From: Caldisphaera sp.
GTDB lineage: Archaea; Thermoproteota; Thermoprotei_A; Sulfolobales; Acidilobaceae
Direction: 5' to 3'
Assembly: GCA_049971805.1 (NCBI GenBank)
Contig: JBMFKU010000008.1
Span: 1-54,616 of the forward strand
Length of the DNA stretch: 54,616 bases
The notes beneath the pieces are model-generated. The model saw only the letters and a list, made by a program, of their open reading frames with translations. It did not search any database and was not told where the DNA came from. A program made the position numbers and the translations under genes. Positions 10,368 through 21,637 of this stretch are shown here, one piece after another. The stretch's first letter is position 1, and each line of letters begins with the position of its first letter.

Positions 10368-10898
10368 ATGAGTCATGTATTCACAAGAACGGGTGATGAT
10401 GGTAGTACTTATTGCAATCTATTAAAAGCAAGGGTACCAAAAAATCATCCAATAATTGAACTAATAGGAACTTTAGATGAAGCAAACAGTTTTATTGGAT
10501 TAGCTAGATCATTTTTACCTAACTATTTTACTGACTTTGCAAAAGAATTGAAGGAAATACAATATTTGACATTTCGTTTAGGATTTCATGTTTCTGGTTC
10601 TAAGTCATTAAGCGAAAATGATGTGAAATATTTGGAAGAGCTTGCAGATAAATATTATGGTAAGGCTCCTTTAAAAAACTTTATTTTACCGGCTGGTCCT
10701 TCAGTATCATCTGCATTACATGTTGCAAGAACCGTTATAAGAAGAGCTGAAAGGTCTCTTATATCTGCTAGCGATACATTTAAATTTGATGATATTGTGT
10801 ACAGGGTAATTAATAGGTTGAGTAGCACTTTATTTGCTATGGCAATATATATATCAAGACAAATGGGATATCAAGATGAGGCAGTGACATTTAGGTGA
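10368..10898 (+). CDS. pduO: ATP:cob(I)alamin adenosyltransferase, PduO type
   Basis: FTRTGDDGST, GTLDEANSFIG, FILPAG, LHVARTVIRRAER, NRLSS. Confidence 0.92.
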   Translation: MSHVFTRTGDDGSTYCNLLKARVPKNHPIIELIGTLDEANSFIGLARSFLPNYFTDFAKELKEIQYLTFRLGFHVSGSKSLSENDVKYLEELADKYYGKAPLKNFILPAGPSVSSALHVARTVIRRAERSLISASDTFKFDDIVYRVINRLSSTLFAMAIYISRQMGYQDEAVTFR

Positions 10899-10904
10899 AA
10901 TAAT

Positions 10905-12356
10905 TTGCTAAATATATTAGATTTTGTAAAAAACATAGATCCAACACTTGTTATCAGTGATGGTTCAGGATTACCGATAGTATATAATGGAAAACCTAAA
11001 GAAGAAGGAATTAAACTAAAAAAAGAAAATATTTTATATGAACCCTATTATTATTACCTTCCTGCATTGAATGAAATTAAGAAAATAAAAGACGAGTTTA
11101 AAAATAAAAGAGAAAGGCTTAGAACAATTAATACATTTGATAGGGTTGAAAGTTTAATTGAGTCTTCAAGCACGATAGAAAGAAATGAAGAAACATTATC
11201 AAAACTAATATCTTTAGAAACAGGTAAAAGCATAGAGCTATCAAGAGAAGAAGTTAAGGTTTCATTAAAGTTGCTCGAAAATATATGGACTTTAATTAGT
11301 GGTGATTTTGACTATGCTAGAAGTGGACCTCTATCCTTAATTTCAGAATTTGATAATACATTGCTTGACATTAAATCTGAAGGGAAGCTAAGTTTAGTAA
11401 TACCATCGTATACATCCCCATTTTATACAACAATAGCGTCTGTATCAAGGGCATTAATTTCAGGTAATCCAGTTATAATCAAGCCATCATCATATGCTAT
11501 GGCATCTACTATATCTGCTATGGCAATGTTTTCAGCTACTGATCTTTATGATTATATTTATTATTTACCTATGAGAGGTTACACTGCTCTAAAAGAAATA
11601 GATAGTGAAGATTTGAATATATTTCTATTTGGAAAGGAAGTTACATATAATTCTCTAAAAAGATCTTTAAATGGCAACATTATTCCAAATTGTCTCGGCA
11701 GAGCAGTAGTAATCCTATGTAATGAAATTGATGATATAGACTTAGCTAGCAATGAGATTGCCAAATTAGCTTTAATTCATTCAGGTCAGGCTTGTGGATC
11801 AATTAGTTGGATTCTATCAAACCATGGACTTAAGGATGAGATAATTGAAAATATATCTGATAGGTTTGAACAATCATCCATAGGAAATCCATTAGATGGT
11901 AAAGAAGTTGGACCTTTAAAAAACAAAGAAATAGCAGATAGGTCTACAAAGTTAATCAATGATGCTATATCGAAAGGAGGTAAATTGATAACCGGAGGAC
12001 TAACAAATGATAGATATATTGAGCCTACATTGATTAATGAAACCCCGAAGAATGCTGAAATTATGTGGAGTGATATTGAAGCACCAGTCCTAGCTGTTAC
12101 TCAGGTTTCTAATTGCAATGAAGCCATATCATTATCAGCTATGATGATGGGTTCATCAATTACAATAATTTATGGAAATGAAAAACTATTAAGTTCTATG
12201 GCAAAAGCAAAAAGAGGTATAGTTATAAAGGGATCGAACAATTTATCAAGTATCTTAACTTCATTATGTTCATTTGTTGGAAATCCTATTGAAAACTTTG
12301 CTAACAAAACATATAATGGCATATTACCATTTACTAGATCTATACTGATATATTAG
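10905..12356 (+). CDS. Divergent aldehyde dehydrogenase-family protein
   Basis: LETGK, ALISGNPVIIKPS, SGQAC (catalytic Cys), GPL, GGKLITGG, YIEPT; other catalytic motifs degenerate. Confidence 0.75.
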   Translation: MLNILDFVKNIDPTLVISDGSGLPIVYNGKPKEEGIKLKKENILYEPYYYYLPALNEIKKIKDEFKNKRERLRTINTFDRVESLIESSSTIERNEETLSKLISLETGKSIELSREEVKVSLKLLENIWTLISGDFDYARSGPLSLISEFDNTLLDIKSEGKLSLVIPSYTSPFYTTIASVSRALISGNPVIIKPSSYAMASTISAMAMFSATDLYDYIYYLPMRGYTALKEIDSEDLNIFLFGKEVTYNSLKRSLNGNIIPNCLGRAVVILCNEIDDIDLASNEIAKLALIHSGQACGSISWILSNHGLKDEIIENISDRFEQSSIGNPLDGKEVGPLKNKEIADRSTKLINDAISKGGKLITGGLTNDRYIEPTLINETPKNAEIMWSDIEAPVLAVTQVSNCNEAISLSAMMMGSSITIIYGNEKLLSSMAKAKRGIVIKGSNNLSSILTSLCSFVGNPIENFANKTYNGILPFTRSILIY

Positions 12357-12357
12357 T

Positions 12358-13137
12358 TTATAGGCTGCTTGATGGGGCTAATAAATACCTAATTCTGCTC
12401 TTATCTGGGGCATTAAATATCAGCTGAATTGGTTTATCGCTTGAAAAACTTATCTCTACGGTCTCTGCAACTTTTGCCAAATTAAGTACAGACCTCAAAT
12501 AATTAATATCATATCTACTTGTTGAATTTCTTTTTACCTCTAAATCTACTAGAGAGCCTGAACCTTTGATAAAACTTGCCTCAGCTTTGGGGCCTTCTCC
12601 TTGAGACCTTATAATAAATTTATCTTCATTTACCTCTAATTCTATTATATCCCCAAATACTGATGCATCAGATAAAACCTTTTTAAATGCATCCCCAATT
12701 ATTGATAACTTTACGTCATGATCCAGTTTAATTTCTGTGGGTACATCTAATACTACCTCAAGATTTGGTAATAAGAATCTTTTAATAATTTCGCCTTCTA
12801 TTTCTATTAATATGTTTTGGTCTGATACCATAAACAATATGCTTTCACTTCTTCTGCTTCTTGAAATGATATTATAAAGCGATGTTACATTAACTCCCAT
12901 ATTAATCTTATTTTTTACATCATAATCTAAAAATGTATCGTAGGGCATATTAATTTCTATATAAGCAACCTTTGCAGGATCAGTACCTACAACTTTAATG
13001 CCATCTTTACTAATTTCAAAGTTTGCCTCTTCTATAATTTCTGATAAGGATGAAGTTATTTCTTTTAATACTTTAGAATTCGGATATCTAAATTTAGCGT
13101 TGACTTTGCTTATTTGAGATTCAAGTTTAGATGCCAA
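12358..13137 (-). CDS. pcn: DNA polymerase sliding clamp PCNA
   Basis: EANFEISKDGIKVVGTDPAKVAYI, SRYDINYL, FSSDKPIQL, YLLAP C-terminus. Confidence 0.92.
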   Translation of the reverse strand: MASKLESQISKVNAKFRYPNSKVLKEITSSLSEIIEEANFEISKDGIKVVGTDPAKVAYIEINMPYDTFLDYDVKNKINMGVNVTSLYNIISRSRRSESILFMVSDQNILIEIEGEIIKRFLLPNLEVVLDVPTEIKLDHDVKLSIIGDAFKKVLSDASVFGDIIELEVNEDKFIIRSQGEGPKAEASFIKGSGSLVDLEVKRNSTSRYDINYLRSVLNLAKVAETVEISFSSDKPIQLIFNAPDKSRIRYLLAPSSSL

Positions 13138-13207
13138 TTTTAATCCCTCAACATAATAATAGTTCGTAGAGGCTAATAAAAATATAAATCAATTGAGAGG
13201 GAAAAAT

Positions 13208-14050
13208 ATGATTAAAGATTATATAAAACTGGTAAGACCATTAAATGATGTTATGATCGGTTTCTCAGTTATTGTTGGTTCTTTTATAGCTTCTGGTAGG
13301 ATGCTTCCAAAAATAGAAGATATGATTTTTGGTTTTTTAACAGGTTTTTTCATATCTTCGGCAGCAATGGTGTTAAATGATATAATAGATATTAATATAG
13401 ATAAAATTAATAATCCCAATAGGCCATTACCAAAAGGTACTATATCTATTAAAAATGCAAAATATTTTTTTTATTCGTTATCAATAATAGGAATAATTTT
13501 TTCGATACTTAACGGCTTTCAAACATTTATTATTGCCATAATATCATTTATTATAGCTATTTTATATGATATTAGAGGAAAAAAATCTGGGATTCCAGGA
13601 AATATTATGGTTGCATATGCAATGGGGGTTCCAATATTATATGGGGCAGCTATGGTAAATAAATTAAATTTAACAATATTTATATATTGGTCTATGATTT
13701 TTCTATCCGGTGTTGCTAGAGAAATAACTAAAGGAATAGCTGATATAGAAGGTGACAAAAAAGCGGGAATAAAAACATTAGCAGCAATGAAGAGTGGTAA
13801 ATTCGCAGCAATAATTTCATTAGTTTTGTATTTTATAGCAATAGCAATAAGTCCTATACCTTTAATTATAGATAAAGTGTATCCTTTATTATATATTATT
13901 CCAATTAGCATAGTCGATATTATTTTTATTTCAATGTCTTTGCTGACTGTGATTAAACCAACAAAAAATGTTGCTACGAAAAACAAAAATATTTCTTTGA
14001 TAGCTATGCTTTTGGGTTTGGTGGGTTTTTTGATAAGTACCAAACCTTAG
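13208..14050 (+). CDS. Digeranylgeranylglyceryl-phosphate synthase (UbiA prenyltransferase)
   Basis: LVRPLN, NDIIDINIDKINNPNRPLPKG, REITKGIADIEGDKKAGIKTL; multiple TM helices. Confidence 0.85.
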   Translation: MIKDYIKLVRPLNDVMIGFSVIVGSFIASGRMLPKIEDMIFGFLTGFFISSAAMVLNDIIDINIDKINNPNRPLPKGTISIKNAKYFFYSLSIIGIIFSILNGFQTFIIAIISFIIAILYDIRGKKSGIPGNIMVAYAMGVPILYGAAMVNKLNLTIFIYWSMIFLSGVAREITKGIADIEGDKKAGIKTLAAMKSGKFAAIISLVLYFIAIAISPIPLIIDKVYPLLYIIPISIVDIIFISMSLLTVIKPTKNVATKNKNISLIAMLLGLVGFLISTKP

Positions 14051-14059
14051 TGATAAAAA

Positions 14060-14782
14060 ATGAAAGAAATAATATCGGAATTGGTTCCAACAAAAAATAA
14101 AGAAAAGTTAATAAATTATGCTAGAAAATTAATTGAATTAAGCAATACAATAGATATACCAGATGGCCCCTTAGGGTTACCTTCTCCATCTTCGCCAATT
14201 CTATCATGCATAATAAAAGAAAATATTAATTATGCTGATATAATAACGCACATAAGACTCCTTGATATAAATAGCCTTAATTTATTAAATATCATGTTTG
14301 GATTAAAAATGAGCGGTATAAATAAAGTATTGTTAGTTAGAGGAGATCCGCCATCGATTGGAAAGAAAATTGATGATATATCCCCAGAGGAAGGAATATC
14401 GATAATAAGGTCTAATATTGATGGTATCGAAGGAGGCTTATTATTAAATCTTAATAAGCCATCAGAAGAAATTGAAAAAAGAGTTAACATCAAGGCATCA
14501 TTCTATTTGATAACAAGACCGTGGAATAGTGATAAGCTTGAGAGAATTTCAAAGAGTATTAAAAGAAACGGATCAAAGTTATATATATATTTTGTTATAT
14601 TATCGGATAGCAACAAAGAATTTCTTCTGAGGTATTTACCATCAGAGGAGCTAATTAAAGTAAATAAGATTAAAGAAGCAATTGACACTATTGGTTCTTT
14701 TGTTGATGGAATTCTTTTTTCTTCACCAAATGATTTTAATTCCTTGCTTTATTCTTTAGAAATAGCTAATAAGGTTATATAA
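14060..14782 (+). CDS. Methylenetetrahydrofolate reductase-like protein
   Basis: SELVP, IDIPDGPLG, ITHIRLLDIN, VLLVRGDPP (MetF FAD-barrel motifs). Confidence 0.7.
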   Translation: MKEIISELVPTKNKEKLINYARKLIELSNTIDIPDGPLGLPSPSSPILSCIIKENINYADIITHIRLLDINSLNLLNIMFGLKMSGINKVLLVRGDPPSIGKKIDDISPEEGISIIRSNIDGIEGGLLLNLNKPSEEIEKRVNIKASFYLITRPWNSDKLERISKSIKRNGSKLYIYFVILSDSNKEFLLRYLPSEELIKVNKIKEAIDTIGSFVDGILFSSPNDFNSLLYSLEIANKVI

Positions 14783-15312
14783 AATAAAGGCAAATTAATA
14801 AAATATTTTTAACTTTGTTTTTAAAACTATATAAAATAATAAGTTATTACAAATAATTTTTTTATATTTTTACTTAATTTTTTGTGTATTATTAAAAATT
14901 ATATTTCCCATATTTTATAAAATTTTTAATTATTAATAACTTAACGATATTTACAAATAAAAATATCGCTGCTCTAGAATCTAATCATTGACCATCAATT
15001 ATTATAAATAAAGATAATTTCTATGTAATATTTTTCTTTTTATTCTTTATAATAATATTGTTATCATGTTACTTCATTAAAATTATTTTTGGCGTAAGGA
15101 GAAACATTTAACATTATTTCGGTCCAAATATCAGTTTTAATATATGTTTTATTTATGAAATTAGATAAAAAGATTACTTTATATAAATTCTTGTAGAATT
15201 TCTAAATAGAATTATTATCATAATATTTCAAATAATTAATTTTTTATGAAGTGTGAAACTTTGAGTAAAATATTTATAGTAAGAAACTCGTTTTATATTT
15301 GGTGAGATTTGA

Positions 15313-16803
15313 TTGTACACTTTTGAATACATATTAAGAAGGGCGTCTAAATTATTCTCTAACCAAGAAGTTATGGATAACAATGAAAGAAAGAATTATA
15401 ATGAAATATATGATAATACTCTAAGGCTGATTAATTTTTTAAAAGAAAAAGGTGTTAATAAGGAAGAAGTTGTGTCAATATTAGGCCTAAATAATATAAA
15501 GTATTTTGAATTGATGTATTCCATTATATCTATGGGAGCAATAGCTTATCCTATAAATGTTAGACTTCCATTAGACCAACTGATATATACATTGAATAAA
15601 TCAAATGCAAAATATTTTATCTATGAAAATATTTTTAAAGACTATGCAAGGGCTGTTGAGCAAAAGGTAAATAATATAAAGACTGTGTCATTTGATGAAA
15701 TAGACTACTCATATAACAGAGGAGAACCTGTAAGTAATAAAAAATATAATTCAGTTATTTTATTTACTAGTGGAACGACAGGATTGCCGAAGGCAGTTAT
15801 ATATTCTCAAGAAAAACTAATAAATGGAGCCTTATCAATTTTAAATCAATTATCTTATCATAATGCACCAGCAAAACTAGGTGAAGAAGATGTAATGTTT
15901 CCACAAATTCCAATATATCATATATTATCATGGGGTTCTTTAATTATAGCCCCTACATCTGGTGCAAAACTAATTTATTCAGAGAAGTTCGATCCAAAAC
16001 AAGTAATTTCTATTATTGATAAAGAAAGTGTAACTTGGATAAGCGTTGTACCAACCATGATGCAAATGCTAATGGAATTTGGATTAAATAAAAGAGGCTT
16101 AAAAGTATTAATAGGAGGAAGTCCTATTCCGGATGGATTGGTCAAGAAAATGAAAGAAAATGGTATTAAATTTTCTGCAATTTATGGAGGAACTGATATG
16201 CTTGCTGCATCAATCACAATAGAAACAGAACTTGTAAAGAAAAATTTAATAGAACCTCATAAGGTTACACATCCAGTTCCTATGGCAGATTTCAAAATTG
16301 ATTCTAAAAACGATAAACCAGGAGAAATTCTGTTTAGAGCCCCTTGGATGCCTGATGGCTATTATAATGATGTTGAAAAAACAAAAGAATCATTTACCGA
16401 TGATGGTTGGTTCAGGACTGGAGACATTGGATATATATTGGATGATGGTGGATTAGTTGTATTGGATAGGGTAAAGGATATAATAAAAAGTGGAGGAGAA
16501 TGGATTCCATCAAGTATATTGGAGGCAGCTATATCAGAGATTCCTTATATATCGTTGGTAGCTGTCATTGGAATAAAAAATGAAAGGTGGGGCGAAAGAC
16601 CTATTGCTGTAATAAAGTTAAATAAATCTGTAGAAAATGTAAAAGAAAAAATATTAAATTATTTAAATGAGTTGGCAAATCAAGGTAAAATTAGCAAATT
16701 CTGGATACCAGACGATGTTATAGTAGTTAATGATATTCCATTGACAGGTACTGGAAAAGTTGATAAAAAAGCTTTAAAATCCACCATTATGGGGCCTACA
16801 TAA
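15313..16803 (+). CDS. Medium/long-chain acyl-CoA synthetase
   Basis: LFTSGTTGLPKAV, YGGTD, GWFRTGD, DRVKDIIKSGGEWI, WGERP, PLTGTGKVDKK. Confidence 0.9.
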   Translation: MYTFEYILRRASKLFSNQEVMDNNERKNYNEIYDNTLRLINFLKEKGVNKEEVVSILGLNNIKYFELMYSIISMGAIAYPINVRLPLDQLIYTLNKSNAKYFIYENIFKDYARAVEQKVNNIKTVSFDEIDYSYNRGEPVSNKKYNSVILFTSGTTGLPKAVIYSQEKLINGALSILNQLSYHNAPAKLGEEDVMFPQIPIYHILSWGSLIIAPTSGAKLIYSEKFDPKQVISIIDKESVTWISVVPTMMQMLMEFGLNKRGLKVLIGGSPIPDGLVKKMKENGIKFSAIYGGTDMLAASITIETELVKKNLIEPHKVTHPVPMADFKIDSKNDKPGEILFRAPWMPDGYYNDVEKTKESFTDDGWFRTGDIGYILDDGGLVVLDRVKDIIKSGGEWIPSSILEAAISEIPYISLVAVIGIKNERWGERPIAVIKLNKSVENVKEKILNYLNELANQGKISKFWIPDDVIVVNDIPLTGTGKVDKKALKSTIMGPT

Positions 16804-16858
16804 TTATTACTTTACAAACTTTAAATTTTTTAATATTAATATTTATAGTGGTGATAAA

Positions 16859-18490
16859 ATGCCGTTGTATGGTTTAGAGGGAGTATCATATGCATATGGT
16901 TTAAACCATTACGAATTGGACAAACCACTTAAAGATGTGCTTAAAAATTATTCTAAATCAAAGATAGATTTTACCGATTTAGGAAAATATTCAGGTAAAG
17001 AAGTTTATGAAGCAACTTATAGAGTTGATGCAGAAAGTCTTCCTAGGTTAATGTATTGGGGGGCTAATGGACAAAGAATTGATTATTCTTGGTTAGATCC
17101 TTATGAAAGAGAAATAATTAAAAATTTAATTCTTAAATATGGTGTTAATAAATTTCCATTTAGTAATGGTACATGGCATGACCATTATACAGGAATCTAT
17201 TTAATAGGCGATCCTGGCTTATCTTGTGTATTAACGATCACAATACAAACAGCTTATGCTCTAAGCAAGTATGCTAATGGTGAATTAAAGAATACCTATA
17301 AGAAATTAGTTGGTATAGAAGAACCATTGATGCTAGGATCAACTTGGTTTACAGAAACGCAAGGCGGCAGCGATTTAGGTGCAAACACGACTACTGCTAA
17401 AAAGATAAGCGATAACAAATATTTGTTAAATGGATATAAATACTTTTCGAGCGGGGCAGGTATAGCAGATATTTCATTAGTATCAGCAAGGCCAGAAAAT
17501 GGCAGACCTGGTGCAAAGGGTTTAGCTATGTTTGCTTTATCAAGATATAATTCTAAAGGGGATCTCAATTATTATATTAGGAGACTTAAGCTGAAAAGCG
17601 GTACAAACTCAGTTCCCACTGGAGAGGTAGAATTAATAAATTCTGAAGCTAGTTTGATAGGAAAAGAAGAAGAAGGCATATACTATATAATGGAAGATCT
17701 AACAGTTTCAAGGTTAGCAAATGCAGTTGGAGCTGTAGGAGTTTCAAGAAAGGCTTATTTAGAGACTTTGGGATTTTCAAAAGACCGTTTTGCATTTGGT
17801 AAAAGGATTATAGAGCATCCATTAATGCAAAGAGATTTATTAGATATGGAAGTTAGCATAGAAGGAGCCTTAGCTTTAACTTTTAAAGCAATAGATGAAT
17901 TTCAAAAATCATCTAATGTAATGCCACCTTATAATAAAGAATACCATTATGCTAGGTTTTTAACTCATATAGCTAAAAACTTAACCGCTGAAATATCATC
18001 AAAAGTTACACAACTTGCTATGGAAGGATTTGGCGGAATAGGATTTTTAAGTGAATATCCCATCGAAAGATGGCATAGGGAAGCGTTGATAACTCCTATA
18101 TGGGAAGGAACCAGTAATATACAAGCATTAGATATGTTAGAAAGTATGGTTAAAAAGAAAGCCCATGAAGTTTATTTAGAAGACATGTCTTCATTAATAA
18201 ATGAAGTTTATGATAAAGATCTTTCAAAAAATGCCTTCAATAAAGCTAAAGACCTCATAAATTGGTTCGGCTCATTATCTCCAAGAGAAGCTGAATATTT
18301 ATCAAAAGACTTTCTCAGGCAATTAGGCCATTTAACATCAGTAATATTGCTAGAAAATTTAGCTTTAAAATCAGGTGATAATTTATATGATATCGTAGCA
18401 AAGCAATATTATAGAGTTTATGTGGATAAAAAGGAACTAGAAATTATTAATAAAGCCAATGAAATCATATCAATGCATGGAAGCATTTAG
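16859..18490 (+). CDS. Acyl-CoA dehydrogenase (AidB-like subfamily)
   Basis: WFTETQGGSDLG, LNGYKYFSS, RRLKLKSGT, RFAFGK, GGIGF, PIWEGTSNIQALD. Confidence 0.88.
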   Translation: MPLYGLEGVSYAYGLNHYELDKPLKDVLKNYSKSKIDFTDLGKYSGKEVYEATYRVDAESLPRLMYWGANGQRIDYSWLDPYEREIIKNLILKYGVNKFPFSNGTWHDHYTGIYLIGDPGLSCVLTITIQTAYALSKYANGELKNTYKKLVGIEEPLMLGSTWFTETQGGSDLGANTTTAKKISDNKYLLNGYKYFSSGAGIADISLVSARPENGRPGAKGLAMFALSRYNSKGDLNYYIRRLKLKSGTNSVPTGEVELINSEASLIGKEEEGIYYIMEDLTVSRLANAVGAVGVSRKAYLETLGFSKDRFAFGKRIIEHPLMQRDLLDMEVSIEGALALTFKAIDEFQKSSNVMPPYNKEYHYARFLTHIAKNLTAEISSKVTQLAMEGFGGIGFLSEYPIERWHREALITPIWEGTSNIQALDMLESMVKKKAHEVYLEDMSSLINEVYDKDLSKNAFNKAKDLINWFGSLSPREAEYLSKDFLRQLGHLTSVILLENLALKSGDNLYDIVAKQYYRVYVDKKELEIINKANEIISMHGSI

Positions 18491-19218
18491 ATCAAATTTT
18501 TTATTAAATTTGGATTTTCCATTAAGGATGTTCCAATAAGAAAAGCGTCTGCTCTGCTTTCTTTTAAAACTTTTATATCATCTTTGTTTTTTATTCCACT
18601 CTCTGCTACTTTTATAAATTTTTTGGGTATAATTTGGAGTAATTTTTTTGTGTTGTTTAGGCTAATGCTTAAGTCAAAAAGATTTCTAGAATTTACACCA
18701 ATCATATCTATATTGTAATTTAATGCTACGTTTAGTTCATTTATGTTATGAACCTCAACCAATACTTCTAATTTATAGCTCCTTGCAACTGATAATAAAT
18801 ATTCTATCTCATTTTCTTTTAAGATTGCTATTATCAACAATATTACATCTGCTCCTAAGTTATATGCGGACTCTATTTGTCTATCAGTAACAATAAAGTC
18901 TTTCATTAATATTGGTTTATTTGTTAATTTACCAATATTTTTTAGATAAGTGTAGGAACCATTGAAATATTTTTCTTCAGTTAATACACTAAATCCAGCT
19001 ACATAGTTTTTTAGAAAATTTACATAGTTTGCATAATCTCTATTTGATAGAAATCCTGATGGCGAACTTCTTTTATATTCTGCTATTATTGGATTATAGT
19101 TGTTGTTTTTTGTATCTAATATAGAATTTTTCATTGAGTGAAGAGGCCTCTCTCTGTTACCTTTTACGACACTTCTTTTAATGGATAATTCGATTACGTC
19201 TTTTAACCAGTTATTCAT
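18487..19218 (-). CDS. trpC: Indole-3-glycerol-phosphate synthase
   Basis: IIAEYKRSSPSG, SVLTEEKYFNGS, ILMKDF, IGVNSRNL, VAESGI. Confidence 0.95.
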   Translation of the reverse strand: MNNWLKDVIELSIKRSVVKGNRERPLHSMKNSILDTKNNNYNPIIAEYKRSSPSGFLSNRDYANYVNFLKNYVAGFSVLTEEKYFNGSYTYLKNIGKLTNKPILMKDFIVTDRQIESAYNLGADVILLIIAILKENEIEYLLSVARSYKLEVLVEVHNINELNVALNYNIDMIGVNSRNLFDLSISLNNTKKLLQIIPKKFIKVAESGIKNKDDIKVLKESRADAFLIGTSLMENPNLIKNLI

Positions 19219-19237
19219 ATTTTTCTTACCTCCTATT

Positions 19238-19861
19238 CTAAGAGTTAAACTTACTTTTGTTTTCCATCACCATATTTAGAAAATTGTAAAATATATTCTT
19301 TCCTATATTTTCATTCATATTGGTTCCAATGCTTTCGGGATGAAATTGAACTCCGTAAATAGGATATTTATCATGATGAACTGCCATTATTTCTCCATCC
19401 TCTTCTGAATAAGCATCAATAATTAATGGCTTCTTAACATCATCTATTACTAAACTATGATATCTTGTTGCATAAAAAGTTTTAGGTAATCCTATAAATA
19501 GCTTAGAGTTGTTATTGCTTACTATTATCTTACTTAATTTCCCATGAAATATCTTTCTAGCATTTCTTATTTTAGAGTTAAATGCGTACCCTATTACTTG
19601 ATGCCCTAAACAAACTCCTAATATTGGAATTTTAGAACCAAATTCTTGAATAATATCTATAGAATAGCCAATGTCTTCATTTTTATCTGGTCTTCCAGGT
19701 CCAGGAGAAATTATAATTCTACTTGGATTTATTTTTTCAACGGTTTTAATTGATACTACGTCATTTCTTAATACTATAGACCTATAGCCGAGCTCTCCAA
19801 TAATTTGTGCTATATTATAGACAAAACTATCATAATTGTCTATTATTAATATTGTATCCAT
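19238..19861 (-). CDS. trpG: Anthranilate synthase component II (glutamine amidotransferase)
   Basis: [36 protein letters not shown]. Confidence 0.95.
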   Translation of the reverse strand: MDTILIIDNYDSFVYNIAQIIGELGYRSIVLRNDVVSIKTVEKINPSRIIISPGPGRPDKNEDIGYSIDIIQEFGSKIPILGVCLGHQVIGYAFNSKIRNARKIFHGKLSKIIVSNNNSKLFIGLPKTFYATRYHSLVIDDVKKPLIIDAYSEEDGEIMAVHHDKYPIYGVQFHPESIGTNMNENIGKNIFYNFLNMVMENKSKFNS

Positions 19862-21027
19862 TATTTAACACCCATAGAAACCTTTAATGATTTAAGTTTA
19901 TGCTCGGTTTCTTCATATTCTAATTCTGGTATTGAATCATAAACTATACCTGCACCTGCTTGTATTCTAATTAAGTCATTATTTATGAATGCGCTCCTTA
20001 TTGAAATTGCAAGACTTGATCTACTTTTCGAAATATAACCAACAGCACCAGCATATGGCCCTCTATTGTAAATTTCTAATGAATTTATAAGATTCATAGA
20101 AAATGGCTTAGGAGCTCCTGAAACTGTACCTGCAGGAAACATTGCTTTAATTACATCAAGCACATTTTTGTTTTCATCTAGCTTACCTACAACTTTTGAA
20201 ACTATATGTTGTACATGGCTGTATTTTTTTATGAAAAATGATTCTGGTACATCAACTGTACCTGGAGCGCAAACCTTGCCCAAATCATTTCTGGCTAAGT
20301 CAAGAAGCATTAGGTGTTCTGCTCTATCCTTAGTAGAATTTCTTAGTTCGTTTTCCAAAACTATATCTTCTTGAGAACTTTTACCTCTAGGTCTTGTACC
20401 TGCTATAGGGTATGTGATCAAATCATTATTATTTAATTCAAAGAGTAATTCTGGACTTGCGCCAATAATATATCTCTTGTAAAATTTTAAAAAATATAAA
20501 TACGGTGATGGACTTATTTTTCTTAGTTTTAAATATAACTCCAAAGGATCACCACTAAATGAATACCTTAGAAACCTAGATAAAACAACCTGAAATGCAT
20601 ATCCAGAATGTATGTATTTTAAAATTTCATTTACGTCATCTTCGTAATCTTCTTTTTTATGGGAATAGTCGTATTCTTTAACTTTGAACTTATCTTTATT
20701 ATGATAGTTGATGCAACTTTTTTCATCATCGTCTGAAAAGTTAACTTTATCTTTAATTATGATAGTTTTTTTAGGTGAAAAGAATTCTGCAAAAGGCCAA
20801 TTTTCTAATTCAATTGGTTTGTATTTAATTTTTTCCCAGTATCTTATAGAGTCATAGGATATGTAACCAATTACTCTTTTATTGTTTAAATTATGTAAAT
20901 CAGTCAAAGGATCGTATAAGCTTTTTATATAATCGTTTGAATCATAAGCTATTATTACTTCTTTTTTGTCATAGGAATTTTCTAATACAGCCATAATATC
21001 ATTATTATCGTTTAAACATCTAATCAA
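19861..21027 (-). CDS. trpE: Anthranilate synthase component I (true start possibly ATT at 21054)
   Basis: [63 protein letters not shown]. Confidence 0.93.
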   Translation of the reverse strand: MIRCLNDNNDIMAVLENSYDKKEVIIAYDSNDYIKSLYDPLTDLHNLNNKRVIGYISYDSIRYWEKIKYKPIELENWPFAEFFSPKKTIIIKDKVNFSDDDEKSCINYHNKDKFKVKEYDYSHKKEDYEDDVNEILKYIHSGYAFQVVLSRFLRYSFSGDPLELYLKLRKISPSPYLYFLKFYKRYIIGASPELLFELNNNDLITYPIAGTRPRGKSSQEDIVLENELRNSTKDRAEHLMLLDLARNDLGKVCAPGTVDVPESFFIKKYSHVQHIVSKVVGKLDENKNVLDVIKAMFPAGTVSGAPKPFSMNLINSLEIYNRGPYAGAVGYISKSRSSLAISIRSAFINNDLIRIQAGAGIVYDSIPELEYEETEHKLKSLKVSMGVK

Positions 21028-21046
21028 ATTTTCTAAATCATTATAA

Positions 21047-21637
21047 TTAATAATTCTTAACCACCTCCAAAATTTTCTTAACTAAAAATGGATCCTTCTT
21101 ACCAGGTAGTATTTCAACACCTCTTGATATATCTATCCAATAAGGATCTAAATCAATAAAATCCTTTATATTATCAGCATTAATCCCACCTGCTATACCT
21201 ATCTTAACGCTATGGTCAATCATCTTTCTTAAAATTCTCTTATCAGCTTTCTGATTTTTATTTAATGTGTCTAAGAGAATCATATCGGAGTAGCTTTCTG
21301 TTTTTTTAAGGTAATCTAAATATTTTAATGATGAAGGTACATATAAAATAAATTTTTTATTGAAATTTTTTAATTCTTCTAGTTCATTATCGTTTAAAAT
21401 TCTATGTATTTGTATGTATTTTGTTTTTATATATTGAATATCTTCTATTTTGTAGTTTGCTATAACAGTAACTATTGGTATTTTAGTGATTTCCATGGCT
21501 TTTTGTATTTTCTCTTCATCAACATATCTTGGACTTATTTTGTCGTTAATCATGCCTATAAAATCGATATTAAATGAGTTCAGCATTTTAACATCTTCTA
21601 AATTATTTACTCCACAAATTTTAATTTTTATTACCAT
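21047..21637 (-). CDS. trpF: Phosphoribosylanthranilate isomerase
   Basis: KIKICGV, SPRYV, IQIH, AGGINADN, IDISRGVE..PGKKD. Confidence 0.92.
   Translation of the reverse strand: MVIKIKICGVNNLEDVKMLNSFNIDFIGMINDKISPRYVDEEKIQKAMEITKIPIVTVIANYKIEDIQYIKTKYIQIHRILNDNELEELKNFNKKFILYVPSSLKYLDYLKKTESYSDMILLDTLNKNQKADKRILRKMIDHSVKIGIAGGINADNIKDFIDLDPYWIDISRGVEILPGKKDPFLVKKILEVVKNY

Noticed and set aside
14783-15312. 530-bp AT-rich intergenic region
   Set aside because: No repeats, ORF or RNA structure that I can support.
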